A DNA stretch of 64,000 bases. It comes from a virus. Its lineage: Duplodnaviria; Caudoviricetes. The notes beneath the pieces were generated by a model. The model had not been told where the DNA came from. It did no database searches and saw only the letters and a list, made by a program, of their open reading frames with translations. Position numbers and translations under genes: made by a program. Location: positions 22,968 to 86,967 of IMG/VR virus record IMGVR_UViG_3300024346_000030, one strand, 5' to 3'. Shown piece after piece: positions 10,693 to 19,779 of this stretch (position 1 is the stretch's first letter; every line of letters begins with the position of its first letter).

Positions 10693-13110
10693 ATGAGAGT
10701 TAGAGTTACATATAATATAGAAGGTGGTGTTCCAGAGAATCAACCTCCCATAATAACAGACATTCCTGCACAGACCAACAATGAAGAAGATGTAATTTCT
10801 TTACAGGTGAACGCCACAGATCCAGACGGTAATAATCTTTCTTATTCGGCCACGGGTTTACCAGCTGGTCTCTCTATAAATCCATCTACAGGTTTAATAT
10901 CAGGAACAATAACTATTGGCGCTGAAACTTCAAGTCCGTATACTGTTACGGTAACTGTCCAAGATGATGGATCTCCAGTTAAAAGCACTGACGAAATATT
11001 TAGTTGGGGTGTTTCTGCGGTCGCCGTTAATCAACCTCCAGTTATAACGCCTATATCAAACCAATCAAACACAGAAGAAGATGTAGTTTCACTACAGGTT
11101 AATGCAACAGACCCAGAAAATGGAGTATTGACTTATTCTGTATCAAGTTTGCCGACAGGACTATCTATAAATTCATCGACAGGATTGATATCTGGAACTA
11201 TAAGCGTAGGAGCTGAAGCTTCAAGTCCATACATTACTACCATAACAGTTACAGATGATGGATCTCCAATAGAGAGTTCTCAAATATTAGTCACATGGAC
11301 TGTTTCTACCGTTAACCAAGCACCAGTCATAACAACTATACCTACTCAAAACGATGATGAGGGTGATGTAATTTCATTACAGGTAAGTGCTACAGACCCA
11401 GAAGGAAATAATTTATCTTATTCTGCTACAGGATTACCAGCTGGATTGTCAATAAACTCGTCAACAGGACTTATATCTGGAACTGTAAGCGTTGGATCTC
11501 AATCATCAAGCCCTTATACAGTTACGGTAACCGTAACCGATGATGGTTCTCCCATTGAAAGCTCTAATGAAGTATTTACTTGGAATGTGTCTGTTCCTGT
11601 TACGGGTGGTCCAGTAGATACATCTCTTTATGACTCTTCAGGAAACCAAATAGCAGGAAGTGTAGTTAATGGAGACATACCAAACGACTATTATTCATTA
11701 GGAGCAAATGGAGCGTCTACAGGTGTACGTGTTGAGTTTGGTACATCTTGTAATAGTATTGGAGACTATGCTTTCGGAGGTGGTAATTATACTCTTGACG
11801 GTCCCATAATTATAGGAGATGGAGTTGCAAATAGTATCACTAACATTGGAAGTAATGCGTTTTATTATTGTACTGCGTTATTTGGACCAGTTGTAATAGG
11901 AAATACTGTTACGAGTATTGGGGACTATGTGTTTGCGTTCAATTGTCCTCTTGACGAACTTTATTTGGATGTGCCATCTACCGCGTTTACTTCAATTGGT
12001 GCATTTGACAACCAATTTGGTGTTGGTATATTCGATAAAGTTATTTATGTTTCCCCAACATACTTTGGGGTTGGAAGTAATTACGACACTGCATGGAGAT
12101 CCGCACAATCGTTAAGCTCAGGATCCACTATTGTTAACTGGGATAACTATCCTAACCCAATACCAAATAATCCAATAAACCAAGCTCCGATACTAAGCCC
12201 TATAGGAAATCAAACTAATGAAGAATCAGATGTTGTTTCCCTTCAGGTGAGTGCTACAGATCCAGAAAACGACAACTTAACCTATTCCTCGACTGGTTTG
12301 CCAACAGGTTTAAGTATAAATAGCACAACTGGATTAATTTCAGGAACAATAAGTGTTGGCGCAGAAGCATCCAGCCCATATACCACAACGGTTACTGTCA
12401 CAGACGATGGTTCACCGATTGAAAGCACTAACGAGGTATTTACATGGAATGTATCAGCTGTGGTTGCCTTAACAGACACCATTATTTATGATGCTGGAGA
12501 TAACTTCTTAGATTCTATTCCTGGACCTATACCCGCAAACTGGGACAGGTTTTCACCTTTTCCAGCTACCCGTTTAGAGATCGGAACATCCTGCACAAGT
12601 ATCGGGAGTTATGCTTTTTATCAAAGAACTGGCTATCTTAGTTCATTAGATATCCCAAGTAGTGTCGTAACTATTGGGAATTATGCTTTTGGTTCTACCA
12701 ACTTTACTAGTCCTTTGGTGCTTCCAGACAGTGTCACAAGTATTGGCATTTATGCTTTTGGTAATTGTTTTGGTATCCCAAATACCGTATTGGAGCTCCC
12801 AGATAATGCTGTGACAGTATCTAGCTCTGCTTTTGCTTATTTGCAAATAACTGACGTTGTCGCTGTCAATACTGCAACAAACCTAGCTGGCGCCTCGTTC
12901 TTTGGTTCTACTGTTGCAACTGCATATTTAGCTCCATCTTTTTCAAGCGTTAATTCTCTGCCATTTACTTATTGCGGCAACTTCTCAACGGTGTATGCCA
13001 AAGACGCAGTAGCTAACGGTTGGACATTAGGGGCGGGACAAAACATACTAGGAGCATCAAATGTTACTGTGTTTAACTGGGATAACTATCCTGTCGCAAC
13101 ACCAAATTAA
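10693..13110 (+). CDS. Virion decoration/adhesin with 4 He_PIG (putative Ig) repeats and 2 BspA-like LRR modules
   Basis: Four NQ(P/A)P.I..I..Q.N.E.DV.SLQV.ATDP...L.YS..GLP.GLSIN.STGLISGT repeats, plus (C/V)TSIG.YAF LRR_5-type repeats. Start moved from 10642 to ATG 10693 to follow the upstream stop. Confidence 0.8.
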   Translation: MRVRVTYNIEGGVPENQPPIITDIPAQTNNEEDVISLQVNATDPDGNNLSYSATGLPAGLSINPSTGLISGTITIGAETSSPYTVTVTVQDDGSPVKSTDEIFSWGVSAVAVNQPPVITPISNQSNTEEDVVSLQVNATDPENGVLTYSVSSLPTGLSINSSTGLISGTISVGAEASSPYITTITVTDDGSPIESSQILVTWTVSTVNQAPVITTIPTQNDDEGDVISLQVSATDPEGNNLSYSATGLPAGLSINSSTGLISGTVSVGSQSSSPYTVTVTVTDDGSPIESSNEVFTWNVSVPVTGGPVDTSLYDSSGNQIAGSVVNGDIPNDYYSLGANGASTGVRVEFGTSCNSIGDYAFGGGNYTLDGPIIIGDGVANSITNIGSNAFYYCTALFGPVVIGNTVTSIGDYVFAFNCPLDELYLDVPSTAFTSIGAFDNQFGVGIFDKVIYVSPTYFGVGSNYDTAWRSAQSLSSGSTIVNWDNYPNPIPNNPINQAPILSPIGNQTNEESDVVSLQVSATDPENDNLTYSSTGLPTGLSINSTTGLISGTISVGAEASSPYTTTVTVTDDGSPIESTNEVFTWNVSAVVALTDTIIYDAGDNFLDSIPGPIPANWDRFSPFPATRLEIGTSCTSIGSYAFYQRTGYLSSLDIPSSVVTIGNYAFGSTNFTSPLVLPDSVTSIGIYAFGNCFGIPNTVLELPDNAVTVSSSAFAYLQITDVVAVNTATNLAGASFFGSTVATAYLAPSFSSVNSLPFTYCGNFSTVYAKDAVANGWTLGAGQNILGASNVTVFNWDNYPVATPN
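10738..12459 (+). repeat. Four ~95-aa He_PIG coding repeats starting at 10738, 11029, 11314 and 12178
   Basis: Repeated protein and DNA motifs seen directly, e.g. acagatgatggatctcca / accgatgatggttctccc / acagacgatggttcaccg. Confidence 0.9.
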
Positions 13111-13269
13111 ATGAAACAAAAACCTAAAATAACAAAGAATTTGGAATCTGGACTTTATAATGCCAGTATAACTTATGATGGTAAGTTTTATTCTGCAGAA
13201 GGCAAAACCAGCACAGAGGCTTTAAAAAAACTACTAAAACAACATGAAAAAAGTTTTGGCTTTGGATGA
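13111..13269 (+). CDS. Small 52-aa protein missed by the ORF track (MKQKPKITKNLESGLYNASITYDGKFYSAEGKTSTEALKKLLKQHEKSFGFG)
   Basis: ATG immediately after the upstream TAA, TGA at 13267-13269; fills the gap between convergent operons. Confidence 0.55.
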   Translation: MKQKPKITKNLESGLYNASITYDGKFYSAEGKTSTEALKKLLKQHEKSFGFG

Positions 13270-13295
13270 TGTGGTAGGTAAAAGCCAGTTTGGTT

Positions 13296-13688
13296 TTAAT
13301 CGCTGTAATCAACCTTAACGTTTTTGCTTTCGTAGCCTTTCGATTTAATTTCGTCGAGGTGTTTAGCTCCGCTTCTTGCTTTTGAGTAATCAGCAAAATG
13401 CTTTTCTTTGACTGGGTCTATTCCACCATTTGACTCTGATCTTCTTTCGCTCATTTCTTTGCTATAATTCATCATTTCTCCAAAAGTTCCTTTTTTGCCT
13501 CCAGTTTTATCAACAAACTCTTTAGAGCTGTGAGGGTCAATATGGGTATCTATAGATGCATTGGGTATTGTGAATATCCTCTTCCATTCGAGGCCGTCTG
13601 AGTCGAAGTGGATGTGCTCATCATTCATGCCCTGAACAACTTCTGTATATTTTTCTTCTTCTGGGTGCTTGTAGATATATATTGGCAT
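13296..13688 (-). CDS. FmdB-like (MPIY.Y) small regulatory-type protein lacking the Zn-binding cysteines
   Basis: N-terminus MPIYIYKHPEEEKYTEVVQGMND follows the FmdB/CxxC_CxxC_SSSS start pattern without the CxxC pairs. Confidence 0.55.
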   Translation of the reverse strand: MPIYIYKHPEEEKYTEVVQGMNDEHIHFDSDGLEWKRIFTIPNASIDTHIDPHSSKEFVDKTGGKKGTFGEMMNYSKEMSERRSESNGGIDPVKEKHFADYSKARSGAKHLDEIKSKGYESKNVKVDYSD

Positions 13689-13693
13689 ATTAT

Positions 13694-13722
13694 ATTATAC
13701 GACAACAGGGGCAGTATTTCTA
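13694..13722 (-). promoter_or_regulatory. Sigma70-like promoter TAGAAA-N17-TATAAT, 5 nt before the ATG at 13688
   Basis: Read from the minus strand; perfect -10 box. Confidence 0.5.
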
Positions 13723-13741
13723 CTAACCCCTGTTGTTTTTT
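13702..13741. terminator. Intrinsic terminator-like hairpin
   Basis: ACAACAGGGG (13702-13711) and CCCCTGTTGT (13727-13736) form a perfect 10-bp stem followed by TTTTTT on the + strand; lies 24 nt downstream of the hsp20 stop. Confidence 0.65.
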
Positions 13742-13759
13742 GTTTGTGTTTATTTAAGT

Positions 13760-14089
13760 TTAATTAATTTCAATTTCAAACACCTCTTTAGACTCAAGCT
13801 CCTTCTTTGGCATTGTTACCGTGAGTAAGCCATTTGACATCTTGGATTGGATCTTTGATGTCGAGACAAGCTCGTTTAACTTTACAGAGAAAGTTTTGAC
13901 GTTGTCGCCTTTCTTAGCCTCTATTTTAAGAAGTTCGTTTGTTGCAGTAATTTTTACATCCTTCTTTGAAAAGCCAGCTAATTCAAACTCCGTCGTGTAG
14001 ACATCGTTACTACTTTTAATAAATTGAATTTGCTGTTTATCTTGTTCAAATACAGGATCCCTAAATAATTCGTCGAATAATGTTCTCAT
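13760..14089 (-). CDS. hsp20: Small heat shock protein (Hsp20/alpha-crystallin)
   Basis: ELAGFSKKDVKIT...LKIEA...SKMSNGLLTVTMPK...IEIN is the alpha-crystallin signature. Likely start MRTLFDELF at 14089. Confidence 0.9.
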   Translation of the reverse strand: MRTLFDELFRDPVFEQDKQQIQFIKSSNDVYTTEFELAGFSKKDVKITATNELLKIEAKKGDNVKTFSVKLNELVSTSKIQSKMSNGLLTVTMPKKELESKEVFEIEIN

Positions 14090-14102
14090 ATATTTTATAT
14101 AT

Positions 14103-14118
14103 TGCAGGTTGCATGCCA
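14103..14118 (-). promoter_or_regulatory. Sigma54 (-24/-12)-like promoter of hsp20: TGGCATG-CAAC-CTGCA
   Basis: GG and GC dinucleotides have exactly the spacing of the TGGCACG-N4-TTGCW consensus; sits in the 39-bp gap just before hsp20. Confidence 0.55.
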
Positions 14119-14128
14119 ATTGAAAAAC

Positions 14129-15184
14129 CTAGGAAATAAGGGATAAAATACCATCAACCGTATTAGAATAGGTAAATTTGTCCGCTAACTTTTGTCCCTC
14201 TGTGTTTATTTGTCCCACCTTCTTTTCTGCTTCCTCCATGGCTGAAATTGCCTGATCCTCGGTCCAGTTATAAAAGGTTCCTTGATTAAAAGAGTTTCCT
14301 TCTACAAAGAATTTTTGATCATAACAAGGAAACTCAGAATCAGACTCTACAATAATAGAATTACTTTTGTCAGCCCAGTCTTTGTGTGATGTTTCATTTA
14401 ACACAATACTCCACTTGCCTAAACAAGTAGCATTAAAGGCTGGCAGATTCCAACCCTCAGCCCCAGATAAACCAGTTAGGTCTATATCTATAGAATTCAA
14501 AAAATCGTTGACATCTTTATTCTTAGGTAAAAATGGAAGAAAATTTATATTAGTATAACTTTCACCGCCCAAACAGTTATGTAAAAGGGAATTCATTTCT
14601 TCGTTGCTGAAGAATGGATTGCCAACACAACAGGTTAACTGGTACTTATTATTGTTTCCATATTTTTTAGCCCATGTAGAGATGATATTTGCTGTATGCT
14701 TTCTCTTCTCAAACTTACCCATTAATCCAAAGTGAACAACATCGTTAAGATACTTTTTTTCTGTAACATTGAAGTCTTGATCAAACCCCAGCGGTACATA
14801 TTTTGCGTCTAACATTTCAGCTGCGCATGACGAACTAAAGATGGAAGTTGCCTGATGATTACAGATTTTTTTCTCAACTTCAGTTGGTTGGTTACATTCA
14901 TAAAAACTATAAAGATATTGATCTTTGTTCTTTTTGTCTTCTGATCCGTTAATGTGCCATATTTTTAACTGTGGAATATCATCAGATAGATAATCATATC
15001 TGTTATCTACAGCATCTTTAATTTTTGATAAGAGGTTTTTATCTTCGTCAAAGGTGCTTAGATCTACCTTCCCAATTGGGAATATACCTATGTCGTGGCC
15101 CTTGCCAACCAGCTCTCGTACAATGTTATAACTAACATTGCCGAGGCTGAGTGGATTCAAGGGGGCTTCTACTAGAAGTTTCAT
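14129..15184 (-). CDS. Glycosyltransferase, GT-B fold (GT4-like)
   Basis: VHFGLMGKFEKRKH and SGAEGWNLPAFNATCLG (EGFGLP..EA..G-like motif). Confidence 0.75.
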   Translation of the reverse strand: MKLLVEAPLNPLSLGNVSYNIVRELVGKGHDIGIFPIGKVDLSTFDEDKNLLSKIKDAVDNRYDYLSDDIPQLKIWHINGSEDKKNKDQYLYSFYECNQPTEVEKKICNHQATSIFSSSCAAEMLDAKYVPLGFDQDFNVTEKKYLNDVVHFGLMGKFEKRKHTANIISTWAKKYGNNNKYQLTCCVGNPFFSNEEMNSLLHNCLGGESYTNINFLPFLPKNKDVNDFLNSIDIDLTGLSGAEGWNLPAFNATCLGKWSIVLNETSHKDWADKSNSIIVESDSEFPCYDQKFFVEGNSFNQGTFYNWTEDQAISAMEEAEKKVGQINTEGQKLADKFTYSNTVDGILSLIS

Positions 15185-15564
15185 TAAAATGGGATTTCTT
15201 CTTCTACTGCAGAAGATTTTGGTGCAGTAGCTGATGCAGAATTCGATGAGTCGTCATCTTTAGATCCTCCAGTATTTAGAAACTTAAATGTGTTTCCTCT
15301 AATGAAGTTCTTGCTATACTTCTTGCCCTCTTTTTCCCAAGAGGATTGCTTCAACTCTCCATTTAGAATGATACTTCTCCCTTTCTTAAGGTATTCGTTA
15401 GCCACTTCGGCTTGACGATCCCAAACTTCTACATCAATAAAACAAGGATCTTTTGCCTTGTTGTCAGAGATGCACATGCGCATTTTGCACACTTTCGAAC
15501 CACCCACTTCTCTCATTTCTGGATCAGAGACCAGGTATCCTGCTGTTACTATTGTATTATACAT
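15184..15564 (-). CDS. ssb: Single-stranded DNA-binding protein
   Basis: OB-fold SSB (GYLVSDPEMR...FIDVEVWDRQAEVANEYLKKGRSI..NGELKQ.SWE) with acidic C-terminal EEEIPF. Confidence 0.95.
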   Translation of the reverse strand: MYNTIVTAGYLVSDPEMREVGGSKVCKMRMCISDNKAKDPCFIDVEVWDRQAEVANEYLKKGRSIILNGELKQSSWEKEGKKYSKNFIRGNTFKFLNTGGSKDDDSSNSASATAPKSSAVEEEIPF

Positions 15565-16132
15565 TGTTTTTGTTTATTTGTGTTTTTACTTTTTCGATGA
15601 ATTTATTGTGAATATTGATGCAGCCTTGAATACTTAAACCTAAAGCATCGGAGACTTGCCTCCACGGAACTAACTTAGTATTGCTTGTTTTGTATCTAAT
15701 GTCAAGTATTTTTTTGATCCTTTTGTCCTTTTCTTTTTTAAGCATATCGAAGAAAATATCAAATGTTTCGTTAATAACGAGTAACTCAAACGAATTAGAT
15801 TCGCCGCTTTCCATATTGTATATAGATTCGATCCCAACTTCTTTCTTTTTGTTTGAGGAATTAATCTCGTTGAGGCATTTCCATTTTGTTTGATTCGCTA
15901 AAAATGTAGAGAACTTGCTATTCTTTTCTGGTTTGTATTCTATTGCGGATTTATATATAATGTAATCCTTGTCCTGTAAAATGAAATCTCTACTTATTGG
16001 GCAGTTCCTGCTTTTTGTAAACTGATCTACAATGTAAACATATATTCCAGAGTGCCTGTCAATCAGCGCATTTAGACATGATTCATCGTTTTCGTTTTTC
16101 AGTTTGTTTATGAGTGACAGGTCGCTTTCCAT
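15557..16132 (-). CDS. Phage-encoded sigma70/ECF-like RNA polymerase sigma factor
   Basis: Region 2-like (LNALIDRHSGI...YKPEKNSKFSTFLANQTKWKC) and region 4 HTH-like (RIKKILDIRY..PWRQVSDALGLSIQGCINIHNKFIEKVK). Confidence 0.75.
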   Translation of the reverse strand: MESDLSLINKLKNENDESCLNALIDRHSGIYVYIVDQFTKSRNCPISRDFILQDKDYIIYKSAIEYKPEKNSKFSTFLANQTKWKCLNEINSSNKKKEVGIESIYNMESGESNSFELLVINETFDIFFDMLKKEKDKRIKKILDIRYKTSNTKLVPWRQVSDALGLSIQGCINIHNKFIEKVKTQINKNNV

Positions 16133-16695
16133 GATTTAAATATTGTTCCTGTTAAGAGTTTATCAAGTATCTCGTTGCTTGTCAAGTATATAATATTGTC
16201 GTCCTCAAAGTTGCCGATGTGAAATGTTAGGTCAACAACATCTTTTATCTTTTTGTTTTCCTCTTCCTCATAGGGGTTTGCTGGCTCCACACCCTCCCTG
16301 CTTAGAAAAACAGTAAGGCCGCCATTGTCTTTAACCCAGCTTATTTCATTTTCAAACCTTGCATCCGTAATTATGTTAACGCAGTCATCTGATAAATTTG
16401 ATTCAAGCTTATTGATCCAACAAGACTTATCAATAGACCTCATAACTTCGGTTCCCCAAAAAACAAGAAATGGTCTGATTATCTTTTTTTCCTCATCCTT
16501 CTCGGTAAATGCAGAAATACCCAATTTAGATATTAAAAACTCATCAACAGATGATTTGAGTTCATTCGCAAAAGATACCGTCTTAGCTTTTATACCTTGT
16601 TCCTCCAATATTTTAACCATATTGTTTCCAAGTGTATCTTTACCAGACCTGGCGTTACCAGATATGCTTATAATTTTGTATTTAGATTGTTTCAT
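16108..16695 (-). CDS. Deoxynucleoside monophosphate kinase
   Basis: P-loop GNARSGKDT, SFANELK, RPFLVFWGTEVMR and IITDARFENE match T4 gp1-type dNMP kinases. Likely start MKQSK at 16695. Confidence 0.85.
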   Translation of the reverse strand: MKQSKYKIISISGNARSGKDTLGNNMVKILEEQGIKAKTVSFANELKSSVDEFLISKLGISAFTEKDEEKKIIRPFLVFWGTEVMRSIDKSCWINKLESNLSDDCVNIITDARFENEISWVKDNGGLTVFLSREGVEPANPYEEEENKKIKDVVDLTFHIGNFEDDNIIYLTSNEILDKLLTGTIFKSWKATCHS

Positions 16696-16709
16696 GATCG
16701 CTGAACCAT

Positions 16710-16737
16710 ATTTTAACACAAGTATATACTTGGTCAA
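16710..16737 (-). promoter_or_regulatory. Sigma70-like promoter TTGACC-N16-TAAAAT with a 14-bp palindrome (CAAGTATATACTTG, 16719-16732) in the spacer
   Basis: Read from the minus strand; heads the leftward operon. Confidence 0.55.
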
Positions 16738-16795
16738 TACATTTAATGTCTTTATTAATTATATATGTAATACCTTTAATACTATATACCTCATT

Positions 16796-16808
16796 GCGCC
16801 TTCGGCGC
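16796..16808. other. GC-rich hairpin GCGCC-TTC-GGCGC within a very AT-rich divergent intergenic region
   Basis: Perfect 5-bp GC stem followed by TTATTTATTTT on the + strand. Confidence 0.4.
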
Positions 16809-16989
16809 GTTATTTATTTTAAATTGCATTTAAAAAAATAACTATAGGTGTATATGTTATTTTGCCAATAGAGGTATTTTCTTTCTGTTCCGTTGTTCCT
16901 TTCGAAGTTATTATATAAAAGCCGTCTACTTTTTTCTACAACAAAATTAATTTTTATTTTCAACTTAAAAAAAATGCTAAATTTTCTCG

Positions 16990-17022
16990 TTGACTAGGAA
17001 CTAAAATCAGCTAATGTGTAAC
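16990..17022 (+). promoter_or_regulatory. RNR operon promoter: TTGACT-N16-TAATGT overlapping a GTGTAA motif (17016-17021)
   Basis: Both elements are seen in the intergenic region before nrdB. Confidence 0.5.
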
Positions 17023-17096
17023 TTATACCAGCGACCACTTTTGGGGCATCGTCGCGGCCGAAATTAAATTAACAATAAACAAAAAAAACACTGAAA

Positions 17097-18074
17097 ATGA
17101 GCATATTCGAAGAACAGATATCAAGAAAACCTAATAATTATCCATGGGCTGAAGACTTTATTGAAGTTATGCATAATGGTTTTTGGACCGACAAGGAGTT
17201 CAGTTTCTCTTCAGATGTTCAGGACTTCAATATATCAATGGATGACCAAGAAAGGGAGATAATTATAAGGACCCTCTCAGCTATTGGTCAAATCGAGGTT
17301 GCAGTTAAAAAGTTTTGGGCTAAACTGGGCGATAATCTGCCCCACCCATCCCTTACTGATCTTGGTTACGTAATGGCAAATACAGAGGTTATTCATAATA
17401 ATGCTTACGAAAGACTACTCAAGGTTCTTGGTTTGGAAGACGTATTCGAAGAAAACCTAAAACTAGACTTTATTGAGGGCCGTGTTAAATATTTGCGTAA
17501 GTATACACACAGGTTTTACAAGGACTCTAAGAAGCAGTATCTATATGCTCTTATTCTGTTTACCCTGTTTGTAGAGAACGTGTCTCTAATGAGTCAATTC
17601 TACGTTATAAATTGGTTTTCCAGAAATAAAAACGTACTCAAGGACACTGAGCAACAAGTGAGATATACAAGGAACGAAGAAAACATCCATGCCCAAGTAG
17701 GAATTAAAATTATCAAAACAATAAGAGAAGAGCACCCAGAGCTTTTTGATGCTGAACTAGAGGAAAGAATTCTTCATGAAGCCGAGCAAGCCTATATTGC
17801 AGAAGCTAAAATTATTGATTGGATGGTAAATGGTATATACGAAAAAGGTCTTAGTGCTCCAGTCCTCAAGGAATTCATTAAAAGTAGGATTAATGAATCA
17901 TTAGAACAAATTTCATTTAAAAAGGCATTTGATGTTGACAACACCCTAATTAAAGATACAATGTGGTTTGAAGAGGAGTTGATGGGCAACAACTCTACAG
18001 ATTTCTTCCATTCTCGCCCAGTAGAGTATTCAAAAAAATCACAAACATTTGACTTAGACAGCGTATTTGCATGA
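17097..18074 (+). CDS. nrdB: Ribonucleotide reductase class Ia beta subunit
   Basis: W...E......D, QIEVAV, EVIHNNAY, VENVSLMSQF and RNEENIH di-iron/tyrosyl motifs. Confidence 0.95.
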   Translation: MSIFEEQISRKPNNYPWAEDFIEVMHNGFWTDKEFSFSSDVQDFNISMDDQEREIIIRTLSAIGQIEVAVKKFWAKLGDNLPHPSLTDLGYVMANTEVIHNNAYERLLKVLGLEDVFEENLKLDFIEGRVKYLRKYTHRFYKDSKKQYLYALILFTLFVENVSLMSQFYVINWFSRNKNVLKDTEQQVRYTRNEENIHAQVGIKIIKTIREEHPELFDAELEERILHEAEQAYIAEAKIIDWMVNGIYEKGLSAPVLKEFIKSRINESLEQISFKKAFDVDNTLIKDTMWFEEELMGNNSTDFFHSRPVEYSKKSQTFDLDSVFA

Positions 18075-19741
18075 AAAAATATTATTGGAACAACGAAACT
18101 TCGCAGCGGATCTTAAATAGAGGATATCTTGACGGCGAAAGCTTGATTAGTAGAGTATTAAGTGTAGGGGAGACATTTCAGAAAGATTTTGTATCTCGCG
18201 CACCTTCTGAGCACAAAGGAAAATTTTCTGATTTGTGTGAGAAGTTTGAGCATTATATGTCTCTTGGATTCTTTTCTTTGTCTAGCCCTGTTTGGGCTAA
18301 CTATGGAAGAGTTAGGGGTTTACCTGTTTCTTGTAATGGTGTTTTTGTGCCTGACACAATGGAGGGTATTTTAACAAAACAGTCTGAGGTTGGCATGCAA
18401 ACCAAGCACGGAGCTGGAACTTCTGGTTATTTCGGTGAATTGAGAGGTAGGGGTAAGTCTATTAGTACAGGAGGAAGCTCATCTGGCTCGGTTCACTTTA
18501 TGGAGTTGTTTGACAAGGTCACTTCAGTAGTCTCCCAGAGTAGCGTTCGAAGAGGTTCTTTTGCTGCCTATCTCCCTGTCGATCATCCAGATATCGAAGA
18601 GTTTCTTCGTATTAGGTCTGATGGACACCCTATTCAGGATCTTTCATTTGCGGTTACCATTACAGATGAATGGATGGAAAGTATGAAGGATGGGGATATT
18701 GACAAGAGAAAGATATGGGCAAAGATCGTTCAGAAGAAGTTCGAATCTGGTTATCCATACCTATTCTTCCAAGACACCGCAAATAAAAATGCGCCTCAAG
18801 TATATAAAGATAAAAACATGAAGATATATGCTTCAAATCTTTGTAACGAAATTGCGCTACCTTCTTCACCAGAAGAGTCGTTTGTCTGTTGTTTATCTTC
18901 TCTTAATTTGGAGAGGTGGGATGAGATTGTTGAAACTGATGCTATTGAAACAATGGTTTACTTTCTTGATTCCGTCATGGAGGAATACATTAACAAAACT
19001 GAGGATATTCCTTATATGGAATTTGATCACAATTTTGCAAAGCGTCATAGGGCACTTGGAATGGGTGTTCTTGGCTGGCACTCTTATTTGCAGGATAATA
19101 TGATTTCTTTTGAGAGTATGGAGGCTAAAATGAAAAATGCAGAAATCTTCAGAACAATCAGAGAAAGAGCAGATAAAGCTACCGAAGAGTTAGCTAAAAT
19201 ATTTGGAGAACCAGAAGTATTAAAAGGCTACGGGAGAAGAAACACAACAACAATGGCTGTTGCTCCCACAACTACAAGTTCACTAATTCTCGGTCAAGTG
19301 TCTCAAGGAATTGAGCCTACTGTTAATTATTATACAAAGAACTCAGCAAAAGGAAAATTCACAATTAGAAGTCCACATTTAGAGAAACTTCTTGAATGTA
19401 AAGGTAAAAACACAGAAGCCGTATGGAAATCTATCTTAGTTAGGGATGGATCAGTCCAGCACCTTAGCTTTTTAGACGAACATGAAAAGAATGTATTTAA
19501 AACGTTTTCCGAAGTATCTCAGAAAGAGATAGTTATACAGGCTTCTCAGCGCCAAAAATATATTGACCAAGGGCAATCTTTGAATTTAATGGTTCACCCT
19601 AAAGCATCACCAAAAGAAGTTAGCGACCTGATGATTTTCGGTTGGGAAATAGGCCTTAAGGGATTTTATTACCAAAGAAGCACAAACCCCAGCCAAGCCC
19701 TAGCACAATCCATTATGGAATGTACATCTTGCGAAGGTTAA
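18071..19741 (+). CDS. nrdA: Ribonucleotide reductase class I alpha subunit (no ATP cone)
   Basis: PVSCN, SNLCNEI, CCLSSLNL, APTTTSS, FYY and C-terminal CTSCEG redox pair. Confidence 0.95.
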   Translation: MKKYYWNNETSQRILNRGYLDGESLISRVLSVGETFQKDFVSRAPSEHKGKFSDLCEKFEHYMSLGFFSLSSPVWANYGRVRGLPVSCNGVFVPDTMEGILTKQSEVGMQTKHGAGTSGYFGELRGRGKSISTGGSSSGSVHFMELFDKVTSVVSQSSVRRGSFAAYLPVDHPDIEEFLRIRSDGHPIQDLSFAVTITDEWMESMKDGDIDKRKIWAKIVQKKFESGYPYLFFQDTANKNAPQVYKDKNMKIYASNLCNEIALPSSPEESFVCCLSSLNLERWDEIVETDAIETMVYFLDSVMEEYINKTEDIPYMEFDHNFAKRHRALGMGVLGWHSYLQDNMISFESMEAKMKNAEIFRTIRERADKATEELAKIFGEPEVLKGYGRRNTTTMAVAPTTTSSLILGQVSQGIEPTVNYYTKNSAKGKFTIRSPHLEKLLECKGKNTEAVWKSILVRDGSVQHLSFLDEHEKNVFKTFSEVSQKEIVIQASQRQKYIDQGQSLNLMVHPKASPKEVSDLMIFGWEIGLKGFYYQRSTNPSQALAQSIMECTSCEG

Positions 19742-19764
19742 CATTTCATTATTTTAAAATTTTA

Positions 19765-19770
19765 GTGTAA
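19765..19770 (+). promoter_or_regulatory. GTGTAA motif, 9 nt before the ATG at 19780
   Basis: AAAATTTTA-GTGTAA, the same context as the motif at 48. Confidence 0.5.
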
Positions 19771-19779
19771 AGAATTAAT

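Noticed and set aside
16719-16732. NrdR box near the nucleotide-metabolism genes
   Set aside because: The palindrome core GTATATAC is out of phase with the CwAtATaTwG NrdR consensus.
16325-16822. 165-aa plus-strand ORF
   Set aside because: Mostly antisense to the dNMP kinase gene; no motifs.
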